Assembly (NCBI GenBank): GCA_965222155.1
Contig: CBDCTH010000001.1
Coordinates: forward strand, 1 to 64,000
Source of the DNA: Gammaproteobacteria bacterium
Lineage (GTDB): Bacteria > Pseudomonadota > Gammaproteobacteria > Eutrophobiales > Eutrophobiaceae
Direction: 5' to 3'
DNA: 64,000 bases
The notes beneath the pieces were generated by a model. That model saw only the letters and a program-made list of their open reading frames with translations. It was not told the origin of the DNA and did not search any database. Shown here piece by piece: positions 42,115-51,461 of this stretch (its first letter is position 1; every line of letters starts with the position of its first letter). The position numbers were made by a program, and so were the translations under genes.

Positions 42115-42936
42115 CTATTTATGTGCATCGAGTAGGATCATGACTTCTCCTTTGCCGTTGTTCGCCAGGTCACCGGTATACATACGGACTTCAGGGCCGA
42201 AATTGCGGAAAAACCGGTAACGGCTTCCCATACGGGAAAGCTGTTTGAAAAACAGGCGCAGGTATTCCATCTTCAGCGTACCGCAGTTTGCCAAGGTAGC
42301 GCCGATCCGGTCAGGCCGCTTGCCCAGTATAATGGTCCCGCGTTTCATCCCGTAACCCGGGAGTTTGCCTGATTTACCCAGGATCAATATGGTGCCGGCC
42401 ACCATGCCGGCGCCGGAAAAGTTTCCTGCGTTGCCAGCGATCATGATCATCCCGCGCCGCATTTTATCACCGGTCCGATTTCCGGCATTGCCCCATACCG
42501 TGATCAGGCCGTCCTGCATTCCCTGCATGCTGGTTCGAGCCCCGGCCCCGATGTAATCGCCAGCATCGCCCTCGACGTCGATCCTGCCCCAGTGCATATC
42601 GCAGCCGAGCCAGTCGCCGCAACTGCCGTTGACCCTGATTGTGCCGCCTCTCATCCCGTGCCCGAGGTAACTGCCGCCATGGGCCTTGACGTTGAGGTGT
42701 CCCCGCGTCATGTCTGCGCCTATCCGGGTAACCAGTTCCGTAGTGCGGCGTAACTCAATATGCTCAGGGTTGTCTCCACTGATGGAAAACAGGTCTCCGG
42801 TTCTGGCCGGTGTTGAACCCAGGACCACTTCGATAGCGGCGATATTATCTGCGGCCGACAGTCTGTCCGGTGTCAGCGCAGATAAATCCAGCCGTTGGCG
42901 CGGCTTGTTCTTCAAGGTGAGTATCATGGGTTTCAT
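42115..42936 (-). CDS. fhcC: Formyltransferase/hydrolase complex subunit C
   Basis: GxxMxxGxIxVxG beta-helix repeats, GDKMRRG, GDLA..GKGE; operon position. Confidence 0.92.
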   Translation of the reverse strand: MKPMILTLKNKPRQRLDLSALTPDRLSAADNIAAIEVVLGSTPARTGDLFSISGDNPEHIELRRTTELVTRIGADMTRGHLNVKAHGGSYLGHGMRGGTIRVNGSCGDWLGCDMHWGRIDVEGDAGDYIGAGARTSMQGMQDGLITVWGNAGNRTGDKMRRGMIMIAGNAGNFSGAGMVAGTILILGKSGKLPGYGMKRGTIILGKRPDRIGATLANCGTLKMEYLRLFFKQLSRMGSRYRFFRNFGPEVRMYTGDLANNGKGEVMILLDAHK

Positions 42937-42951
42937 CTCAGGAACCTCTGA

Positions 42952-43860
42952 TCAAGTCGGTGTTTCTTTCAATATATCCCTGAGGTGGAAATGGTAAGGT
43001 CCCAGTTTTCCGCCATAGTTCCCTGCGCCGATCCGGTAGATGCCCTTGTCCGGTCCATTTTCGCAGACCGCCTCGATACCGGCGCGCATGGCTTCGCTGA
43101 TTGCGGCTTCATTCAAGCCGTCGATGACGATTTCCAGAACGGAACCGATCTCCTCCGTCAGCATGCTGTTTACCCGGCTTTTCAGGGTTGGGCAGAAGAC
43201 CTCATTTGTTGATGCCGGTAGAAAAGAGTATTTCGAGCCTACCTTGGAACCGGATCCGACAATCCCACCGGGAAACGTGGTGACTGCGCCGTCCACTCCG
43301 CGAATCGCCTTAACGGCTTTTTCACAGGCGCTCAGGCCGTGACGGGAAGTCTTTGCCATCACCAGGAAATTACCGCCGCCAATGGCAGGGACTACACCGG
43401 TGCTCTCTTCGCACAGGAATTCACCGTGCATGACCGGGATGCGCCAGTAGCGGATACCGTCCAGTATCTTTGATATCTGGTGACCGTCGCCGAAATATCT
43501 CAGGCTTTTACCCAGCGGCAACATGGTATCGCTATGGGTACCCGCAAAGCAGGCGCTGGTCGCGGTAGTCATTACGGATTGTCCGACGCGCCGGGTGAGT
43601 TGGTCGGCCAACTGCGATTTCGACATGGCAAACATGATGATCGCCACACCGGGCCTGCCGTCCGGGGTTTCTTCCGGCTTCAGTTCCCGTTCAATATCCG
43701 CCTCACAACCGCAGGCAATCACGGACGAGGCAAATCCGGTCAGGGAGTTGGCCGCGCGGTAAGCATACTTCATGGTCATGGCGGTAATGATCAGCCGGGT
43801 CGCCTTCATGGGAAATGCCTCGGCAAACGTATCGTCAATGCTTACGCCGTTTATTTTCAT
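42952..43860 (-). CDS. fhcD: Formylmethanofuran:H4MPT formyltransferase (Fhc subunit D)
   Basis: IDDTFAEAF, TPDGRPG, GGGNFL, GSKVGSKY, AGNYGGKLG. Confidence 0.95.
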   Translation of the reverse strand: MKINGVSIDDTFAEAFPMKATRLIITAMTMKYAYRAANSLTGFASSVIACGCEADIERELKPEETPDGRPGVAIIMFAMSKSQLADQLTRRVGQSVMTTATSACFAGTHSDTMLPLGKSLRYFGDGHQISKILDGIRYWRIPVMHGEFLCEESTGVVPAIGGGNFLVMAKTSRHGLSACEKAVKAIRGVDGAVTTFPGGIVGSGSKVGSKYSFLPASTNEVFCPTLKSRVNSMLTEEIGSVLEIVIDGLNEAAISEAMRAGIEAVCENGPDKGIYRIGAGNYGGKLGPYHFHLRDILKETPT

Positions 43861-43869
43861 AATTAAAAT

Positions 43870-45205
43870 CACTGCTGTCCCAAGAAAATCGTGTTGATAT
43901 AATATAACTCATTCATTTCATTAGTAAATAAGCGATTTTTAGCAGACATCGATTAAAACCACCCCTCCCCCGCTGGCTAATGCTACCCTCCTGATTTTTA
44001 TCATTATCAGGAGGAGCCATCATGCCGTCCGGTCACTATATCTTTTCTCAGGTCATGGCCCATTTGCCCATGAAACCATTCCGCCGCTGTGTCCAACGTT
44101 ATCACGGCAACCGTTATGTCAAATCCTTTACCTGTCTCGACCAGTTCCTCTGTATGGCATTCGCCCAACTCACTTACCGCGAGAGCTTGCGTGATATCGA
44201 AGTCTGCCTGCGCGCACACCGGGACAAACTCTATCATATGGGGCTACGCGGCGGCATGTCACGCAACACCCTCGCCCATGCCAACCCGCAGCGCGACGGG
44301 CGCCTCTACGCCGACTTTGCCCACGCCCTGATTCGCCTGGCCCGACCGCTGTATGCCGACGAAGACCTGGGGCTGGAACTCGATAATACCGTCTATGCCC
44401 TCGACTCCTCCACCATCGACCTGTGCCTGTCCGTGTTCCCCTGGGCGCACTTCCGTCAAACCAAAGCGGCTATCAAACTGCATACCTTGCTGGACTTGCG
44501 CGGCACTATCCCCACCTTTATACATCTCTCCGAGGGCAAACTGCACGATGTCAATGTCCTCGACCTGCTGCTGCCCGAGCCCGGCGCCTGCTACGTCATG
44601 GACCGCGCGTAGCTCGATTTCCAACGTCTGTTTGCCCTCAACATCGCCGCCGCCTTCTTCGTTATCCGGGCCAAGTCCAATACCCGTTACCGCCGCCGTT
44701 ATTCCCGACCGGTCGATAAAGCCACCGGCCTGCTGTGTGACCAGACCATCGTCCTGACCGGTGTCCGCGCCGCCACCCACTACCCACAACCACTGCGACG
44801 CATCAAATACCGCGACCCACAGACCCATAAGACGTTCGATTTCCTCACCAACCACTTTGCCTTGCCCGCACACACCATCACCGAGTTGTATCGCTATCGC
44901 TGGCAGGTCGAGTTGTTCTTCAAATGGATTAAACAACACCTGCGCATCAAAGCCTTCTTCGGCACCTCGGAGAACGCTGTCAAAACCCAAATCTGGACCG
45001 CCGTCAGTGTGTATGTCCTGGTGGCGCTCATAAAAAAACGTCTCCAACTGACTACGGAACTCTACACAATATTACAGGTTTTAAGCCTGACCCTGTTTGA
45101 AAAAATACCATTATATCAATTACTTATACAATCCGATTACAAAACAGACCACCGTGATATACTTAACCAGTTGAATTTATTCGATTAATTCTTGGGACAC
45201 TAGTG
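43870..45205 (+). mobile_element. IS4-family element; transposase (44022-45188) has a premature TAG at 44610
   Basis: TIRs CACTGCTGTCCCAAGAA / TTCTTGGGACACTAGTG; 9-bp target duplication AATTAAAAT; AQLTYRESLRDI, DSSTI, YRYRWQVELFFKWIKQHL. Confidence 0.93.
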
Positions 45206-45223
45206 AATTAAAATATTAAATAA

Positions 45224-45434
45224 ATCCGCAGATGACGCAGATTAACGCAGATGTATTCAGGTATTATTTGTGCCAATCTGCTGGTTATCATTCCCGCGTA
45301 ACCGGGAATCCGGTAAATAAACACTTCCTTGTCATAATGGGTTTTTTGTCTACTGTATGTCTGCATTCACGATGACAACCAGAAAGACATGAAACACTTA
45401 AAATAATCTGCGTTAATCTGCGTCATCTGCGGAT
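45224..45434. repeat. 29-bp perfect inverted repeat overlapping the fhcA 3' end
   Basis: ATCCGCAGATGACGCAGATTAACGCAGAT (45224-45252) and its complement (45406-45434). Confidence 0.8.
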
Positions 45435-47089
45435 AAATCCTGTTTGCAATCATGTACCAGCAGTGGATGTTGATTATATCCTTCCAGTTCATCCCGGCTG
45501 ATTTTGAAATTTTCCAGGTTCATGGTCATGTATCTGTCAAAATAGCGTTTCAGGGGTTTTTCTATGCCCCGGTCGTAATCCGGTTCGACCACGTGACTGC
45601 TGGTAGCCGGTATGGCGCAGACCTTGCCGTTCCTGACGCAGAGTTCGCCGCGTTTGAATACGTATTCCGGTCTGCTGAACATGGTCTCTGCGTTGTCATC
45701 AGGCTTATAGACGGTGATATCCGCCGTTGCCCCTATCCCCAGGTGGCCGAGGTTTCTCAGTCCCAGGCTCCTTGCCGGCGCAGCCCGGGTGAGAATAGCA
45801 ATTTCGTATAATGAATATTCCCGGTCGATTGAAGACAGGATGCTTGCGCTTGCGGCATCCTTGTTGATAGTGGCTAACATGTCGTTGCGAAATCCCTTGT
45901 CCATGAGCAGCCTTATCAAATGCGGATAGGAAGTAAATGGCGCGCCGTTCGGGTGATCGGTGGTCAGGAAAACACGCCAGGGGTCATTAATGAGTAAAAA
46001 TATTTCCAGGCCGATACACCACTGCAAGGCATTGACGAAATTTCTGTCCCGGTAGCGGAAAGGCACCACGCCACAGCCGGCATCGCATTCTATGTCCATG
46101 CAGACCCATTTTTTCGGATGGGCATGAATGTGACCCTTATGCTGCATCATGGTATCGGCGGATGCGGTAATCGTTTGGCCGAACATGATCTGGCCGACGT
46201 CAATGGATACGTTTCCGTTCCGGTTGACAGCCTCTGCTACCTGTGCTGCCGCGGACGAGAATTTCCTGTCCCCCTCCTGTCCGTAACTGTAGAATTGTAC
46301 ATGGGCCAGGTGTAACGGCTTGCCCTCCGCCGCGGCAATGGTGTCAAGTGTCGTCTGGTAATTGCCCGGTACCCCCAGGTTGCAGCCATGCACGTGCAGG
46401 GGATGAGGAACGCCGAGCTCGTCCAGTGCATCAAGCAGCGCGGCCATAATGTTACGGGGCGTTATTCCGTAACCGATGTTTTTTTCATCCAGGTCCAGCT
46501 TTCTCTGGTTGAACTTGAACGCGCTGATCCCGCCAGGGTTCACTACCTTGACGCCCATTGCCCGTGCGGCGTGGATTGTCCAGGCCACATAATCATTTAT
46601 CACGGACTGTTCTTTTTTGCCTTGCAGCAGGCGCAGCAGGAAATCGTCGTTGCCGAGCAGTACATAAGCGCCCGTGTCCAGCATGGGGGTATCCGCCATT
46701 TCCAGGTGTGACGGGCGGGCATTCACAGGCATCATCGCCGGTTCGAAACAGGTGGTATAGCCCATTTCGGCATAACGGTAGCCGGTGACAAAACTGGTAG
46801 GGGCAATAGTGCCGGAACCTGAGTGCGTCAAGGCGCTTGAGGCTACCGCACTGGTGCTATGGTCCTCCGCCAGTAATAACCTGGCGATATTGACCTTGCC
46901 CCCGCCGATGTGGGTATGGATATCGATACCGCCTGCCATGACGATGCGGCCGTTCAGGTCTATCAACTGGTGAATTTTTTGATCCGGCGCCGGTTTGACC
47001 AGCTTGCCATCCTGTACGTACAAGTCCATGATTTTGCCGTCTATCCCGTTGCATGGGTCATAGACCTTGCCGCCTTCGAGCTTGATCAT
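45413..47089 (-). CDS. fhcA: Fhc subunit A (amidohydrolase)
   Basis: DIHTHIGGGK, KVVNPGG, HVHGCNLG, TTDHPNG. Confidence 0.95.
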   Translation of the reverse strand: MIKLEGGKVYDPCNGIDGKIMDLYVQDGKLVKPAPDQKIHQLIDLNGRIVMAGGIDIHTHIGGGKVNIARLLLAEDHSTSAVASSALTHSGSGTIAPTSFVTGYRYAEMGYTTCFEPAMMPVNARPSHLEMADTPMLDTGAYVLLGNDDFLLRLLQGKKEQSVINDYVAWTIHAARAMGVKVVNPGGISAFKFNQRKLDLDEKNIGYGITPRNIMAALLDALDELGVPHPLHVHGCNLGVPGNYQTTLDTIAAAEGKPLHLAHVQFYSYGQEGDRKFSSAAAQVAEAVNRNGNVSIDVGQIMFGQTITASADTMMQHKGHIHAHPKKWVCMDIECDAGCGVVPFRYRDRNFVNALQWCIGLEIFLLINDPWRVFLTTDHPNGAPFTSYPHLIRLLMDKGFRNDMLATINKDAASASILSSIDREYSLYEIAILTRAAPARSLGLRNLGHLGIGATADITVYKPDDNAETMFSRPEYVFKRGELCVRNGKVCAIPATSSHVVEPDYDRGIEKPLKRYFDRYMTMNLENFKISRDELEGYNQHPLLVHDCKQDLSADDAD

Positions 47090-47228
47090 ACTGTCTCCCT
47101 GTTAATTTTCGTCACCCTTCCGGGCTTGATCCGGAATCCAGTCTGAACTTGCGTCGCTGAAAGAGTCGCATCTTTTCCTGGATTCCGGCATTCGCCGGAA
47201 TGACTGCTCAGCCTCATACATGGCTTGT

Positions 47229-48536
47229 TCATGTCAGATTGCCCTCTATACAAGAGATAATTTCCCTGATGACCCAGGCAGCGCTGCGAGAACCGCTATC
47301 CCTCACTTGTTTCAGGGGCATGTTGATGATGTTGTCCGTCCTGAACAGACTGCCGGTGTGGTCAATGCCGGGGATTCCCACTGGAATATAAACGTCGGCG
47401 TCTGTCGCTCCGGTTCGGTATGGGGATAAAATAATCGTGGGGACGTCTAACGCCGGAGGAGTGTCGTCCGTAAAGGTCGAGATCCATAACAAACTGTCCA
47501 CGGCAGATAGGTCCGTGTCGATGCCGGACGGGCATCCTGAACGGAAATTGACATCGGTCGGGAATCCGGTCTGCCAGGTCGCCACACTCTGGAACGATGC
47601 AGCGCCGTTACTGCCGCTGAGTGACAATCCGGCGAAGCGCTGCCTGGTGTTCAGGTCGCGCGCCAGGTCCAGTATTGAACTGATGATCAGGTCGGCGTGA
47701 TCCTGCGGCAGTGCTGCCGGGCACCATACCAGCACGCCATAGTCCGCATCCCGGATTATCCCGGCAACCTGGTTCAGTTTGCGGTTTTTTGCCGCCGGTA
47801 TAGTCTGGTAGTCAGACAGTTGTTCATCTGCCAGTTTGGTGCGCAACAACGCCAGGTTGTCGGCTATTTCATCACCGTGTCCGGAAACAACCACGGGAGC
47901 GTGGTCATTGAATTCATTCAACTCCTGCGTGCCGGGTCGGCCCAGGTAGGCCAGTTTCCTGTTTTTTGATGTGCGCCATCCCGGGCGCGCCCCCTTCGGG
48001 CGCCCTTCGGGCGTCCAAATCTGTTCCGGACAGATTTGTCCGACGAACAGGGAATAGGGGGTGTTGATGAAACGTTCAATGAACCGGGGATAATCCCCGG
48101 TAACGTTGTTACCGATAAAGATGATGGTATCCGCCCTGTTTTTCACCTCTGCCAGGGTGGTCATCATCCCGCCCCGGGTCTGTAGCGCTTTCAGGTTATG
48201 GCCGGCATGGTGTTTGTGTGCCTGCAGGAGAGCGGCATCGACCTTTTCGGCCAGCCGCAGGGCCGCGCGTATGCCGTCTACGTCGGTGCCGAGGCCGGCA
48301 ATCAACGGTTTGCCGGACTGTTGCAGAATCCTGGATGCGGCTGTTACAGCCTGGTCGATGGTAGTCGGAACGCCTTTCAGTCTTGCTTGCGCAGGAGGCA
48401 GGGGCGCAGCAAAACCCTGGCCGGCAAGCCGGCAGTCATTGGCGGATACGTCAAGCTGCTGCTGTTTGTTACGGACCGTCAGGTCATCACACAAAAGGCT
48501 GCAAAACGGGCAGGTTACATTCGCTATTGACGCCAT
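47229..48536 (-). CDS. fhcB: Fhc subunit B (methylotroph type, no Mo/W-ligating Cys)
   Basis: CPFCSLLCDDL, TTLAEVKNRAD, WQTGFP, PGIDH.G...R.D; no CHG motif. Confidence 0.9.
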   Translation of the reverse strand: MASIANVTCPFCSLLCDDLTVRNKQQQLDVSANDCRLAGQGFAAPLPPAQARLKGVPTTIDQAVTAASRILQQSGKPLIAGLGTDVDGIRAALRLAEKVDAALLQAHKHHAGHNLKALQTRGGMMTTLAEVKNRADTIIFIGNNVTGDYPRFIERFINTPYSLFVGQICPEQIWTPEGRPKGARPGWRTSKNRKLAYLGRPGTQELNEFNDHAPVVVSGHGDEIADNLALLRTKLADEQLSDYQTIPAAKNRKLNQVAGIIRDADYGVLVWCPAALPQDHADLIISSILDLARDLNTRQRFAGLSLSGSNGAASFQSVATWQTGFPTDVNFRSGCPSGIDTDLSAVDSLLWISTFTDDTPPALDVPTIILSPYRTGATDADVYIPVGIPGIDHTGSLFRTDNIINMPLKQVRDSGSRSAAWVIREIISCIEGNLT

Positions 48537-48551
48537 CTGGTGTTAATAAAT

Positions 48552-49925
48552 TCAGTCCAGCAGGGCCAGCATTTCGTCGATTGAGGTATATTTCTCCCTG
48601 GGTTTCCCTGCTGTCTGGCCGCGTGTGATTTCGGCGGCGTCGATTTTTTTCCAATCGGAGAAACTGATATGACGGACCCCGCGCCGGTCGAGAATTTCAC
48701 AACAACCTGCGGCGCCGCTTTTGCTCTCGCCGGTGTCCAGCTTGTTGATATCTTCCAGCATCATACCCACCGTCTCCACACTGTCCGCCTTGTTGGTGCC
48801 GATGATGCCGGTGGGACCGCGCTTAATCCAGCCGGCCGTGTATAACCCGTGGTCCACGGCGCCGTCCTTGATGATCCTGCCTTTATCGTTGGAAAAAACA
48901 CCGCGGGATTCATCAAACGGCACTCCGAACATGGGTATGCCGTGGTAGCCTATACTGCGAAAGACGATCCCGGCGTCAATAGTGAGCGTTTCTCCGCTGC
49001 CCCTCGCAGACTGCCGGAATGGTTCCCCTGACAAGGTGTTTTTTTCTATCAGCAGCCGTTCTACCCTGCCGTCGCCAAGCATTTCCCTGGGGCTCTTCAG
49101 GAAGGTAAAAATGCAGTGCTTGTCCGTGGTCAGTTCCCGGTCGGCAAAACCGCAGAACAGGTCATAGATTTTTTTACTGCCGGCATTGGTCTTGTCGGCC
49201 AGCTCTGTTTCGCTTTCCGGGTTTAACACCAGTTCGTTTGCATCAATCACCGGGTCGCAAGCAGCCAGCGCCCCGAACTCCTTCAACTCCTTGGAGGTGA
49301 ACTTGGCCTGTGCAGGACCGCGCCGGCCGATAACGTAGATGTTTTTGATTTTACTGTCAGCCAGTGCATCCAGGGCATGCTCGGCAATATCCGTGTGTTT
49401 TAATTCGTCAACGGTTTTGGCCAGGATCCGGCTTACATCGGCGGCAACATTCCCCTGGCCGATAATGACCGCCGTTTCGTGGGACAGGTCAAATTTCCGC
49501 TCGCGATAATCAGGATGGCCGTTATACCAGCCGACAAATTCCGTTGCCGTGTAGCTGCCCTGTAGGTCTTCTCCCGGGATGCCGAGACGGCGGTCGGTTT
49601 CGGCGCCGCAGGTCAGGATCAGCGCGTGATGGGTTGCCCGTAATTCGGCAATGCTGATGTCCTTGCCGGTGGTCACGTTTCCTATGTAATTGAACTGTTC
49701 CGCTTCAGCGATCCTGGCGTAGACGTTGATAACCTGTTTCAGTTTCGGGTGATCCGGCGCAACACCGCTCCTTACCAGGCCGTAGGGCACGGGCAGCCGT
49801 TCGAACATGTTAATCCTGACTTCGAGGTCGGCTTTGATGAGTGCATCAATGGCATAGAAGCCACTTGGACCGCTGCCGACTACGGCAACTATCAAGGGGT
49901 TGTTCCGGGTTCCTAATCGACTCAT
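48552..49925 (-). CDS. Ferredoxin:NADP+ reductase, adrenodoxin reductase/FprA type
   Basis: GSGPSGFY, PYGLVRSGVAPDH, FVGWYNGHP, GQGNVAADV, GWIKRGPTGIIG. Confidence 0.92.
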   Translation of the reverse strand: MSRLGTRNNPLIVAVVGSGPSGFYAIDALIKADLEVRINMFERLPVPYGLVRSGVAPDHPKLKQVINVYARIAEAEQFNYIGNVTTGKDISIAELRATHHALILTCGAETDRRLGIPGEDLQGSYTATEFVGWYNGHPDYRERKFDLSHETAVIIGQGNVAADVSRILAKTVDELKHTDIAEHALDALADSKIKNIYVIGRRGPAQAKFTSKELKEFGALAACDPVIDANELVLNPESETELADKTNAGSKKIYDLFCGFADRELTTDKHCIFTFLKSPREMLGDGRVERLLIEKNTLSGEPFRQSARGSGETLTIDAGIVFRSIGYHGIPMFGVPFDESRGVFSNDKGRIIKDGAVDHGLYTAGWIKRGPTGIIGTNKADSVETVGMMLEDINKLDTGESKSGAAGCCEILDRRGVRHISFSDWKKIDAAEITRGQTAGKPREKYTSIDEMLALLD

Positions 49926-49943
49926 GATTCACGTTATTGTATT

Positions 49944-50179
49944 TAACCCTGATATTGCGTCAGTGGATGTGCCCTCACTTGTCTTTTTTGCACTGGCGGG
50001 TACGTGCTTCCTCAACCAGACAAATCTGCCAGGAGCAGATTTGGACGTCCGCAGGGCGCCCGCAGGGGGCGCCCCAAGGATGGGGCGCATCAACTACGGC
50101 TATGCTTTCGGTCGCAGGCACCCGCCAGCACAAAAAATCCAGCGTGATCTTCACATCCACTGACACAATATCAGGGTTA
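49944..50179. mobile_element. MITE-like element with a nested palindromic insert
   Basis: TIRs TAACCCTGATATTG(C/T)GTCAGTGGATGTG; same core as 5863-6113 plus a ~70-bp insert at ~50020-50091. Confidence 0.75.
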
Positions 50180-50276
50180 GAAAGGAAAACGAATCCCGAC
50201 GACCCGCCGCCGCGCCGTACGGGTCAGTTCGGGGATGAAACAGCTAAACAGATTACAGGCTAGCCATATATGCGGG

Positions 50277-50582
50277 CTAGAAACCCAGAGCGGCTTTCTT
50301 TTCGTCCGCGCCGGGTAACGGATCCATGGTGTCGGCACAGACCGGGAGTACCTTGGATTTTTCCGCGTTGATGTCTATCCATTCGAATTTGTCTTCGGGC
50401 AGGTCATCTTCCTCATAGATGGCCTGGACCGGGCATTCCGGTAGGCATGCACTACAATCGATACAGACCTCCGGGTCTATATACAGCATCTCGTCGTCAT
50501 AGTGAAAACACTCCACCGGGCATACCGTGACGCAATCGGTATAACGACAGTCTTTACAGTTATCAGTTACGATGGTTGTCAT
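50277..50582 (-). CDS. FdxA-type dicluster ferredoxin
   Basis: CKDCRYTDCVTVCP and CIDCSACLPECP. Confidence 0.92.
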   Translation of the reverse strand: MTTIVTDNCKDCRYTDCVTVCPVECFHYDDEMLYIDPEVCIDCSACLPECPVQAIYEEDDLPEDKFEWIDINAEKSKVLPVCADTMDPLPGADEKKAALGF

Positions 50583-50636
50583 GATATTCTCCTATATAAG
50601 CTGTTCTGAAATAAGTCAACCCCGGCAGTCACGGTT

Positions 50637-51446
50637 CTATCCAGCATATAATAATATTTCTCCCCGGTTCAACTCAACACTGTCGCCACAGTAACGTTTG
50701 AATAAACCCTGCAGGTATTCTTCACCTATCGCAAAGACATCCATCAGGTGGAGCAGGTAAAGCATAATGTAACCTGGCCGGTAAGTACATGAATAGCTGA
50801 ATGTGGGCAGCAAATGTGCGCTCTTCAGACTGACGATGGTGCCCCGCTTCATGCCCGCCCCGGTCCGGATGCCGAGTTCTCCGAGTACAAAAATGCTACC
50901 GGAGAGCATATTGACCCCGGTGAAGTCACCGCTGTTGCCGGCAACGGCGATCAGCCCGTTGCGCATTGCATTGCCGGTCTCGTTTCGCACGTTGCCGTGA
51001 ATGATGATTTCCCCACCTTCCATGCCCATGGTTGCGCCCCGATAGGCACTCCCCACCATGTGGCCTGCATTGCCGTGAATCTCAATTCTGCCTCCGGACA
51101 TCTCCGGCCCGACCCAGTCGGCGGCATTGCCGATAACCCTGATTTCGCCCCCGCTCATGGCGGCCCCAAGGTGTTCGCCGACGTCACCTTCCACCTGGAT
51201 GGTCCCCCGTGACATACCGGCGCCGATAAGTTTTACCCGCCCCAGGTGGTCCCCCTGCACGTTGATGACCCCGTCGGACTGGCCTGTCACACTGAAGAAG
51301 TCACCGATATAACGGGCTTCACTGCCATGCATGACTTCCAGTTTTTCCACGCTTGCCGGTGTCTGGCCGGCGAACCGGGCAGGGGTGATGTTATCCGCCT
51401 CCAGGGGTACGTCCGGCGTTGCAATCTGTTTCAGTGATATAGGCAT
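50637..51446 (-). CDS. fwdC: Formylmethanofuran dehydrogenase subunit C
   Basis: VPLEAD.ITP, GSAYRG...GM.GG, GAGMKRGTI, LLPTFSYSC. Confidence 0.9.
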   Translation of the reverse strand: MPISLKQIATPDVPLEADNITPARFAGQTPASVEKLEVMHGSEARYIGDFFSVTGQSDGVINVQGDHLGRVKLIGAGMSRGTIQVEGDVGEHLGAAMSGGEIRVIGNAADWVGPEMSGGRIEIHGNAGHMVGSAYRGATMGMEGGEIIIHGNVRNETGNAMRNGLIAVAGNSGDFTGVNMLSGSIFVLGELGIRTGAGMKRGTIVSLKSAHLLPTFSYSCTYRPGYIMLYLLHLMDVFAIGEEYLQGLFKRYCGDSVELNRGEILLYAG

Positions 51447-51461
51447 ATCAACATCCTGTCA

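Noticed and set aside
44610-44612. TAG readthrough (pyrrolysine or recoding) in the IS4 transposase
   Set aside because: TAG replaces a conserved Tyr codon, fits the T->G decay pattern, and TAG terminates many genuine genes here.
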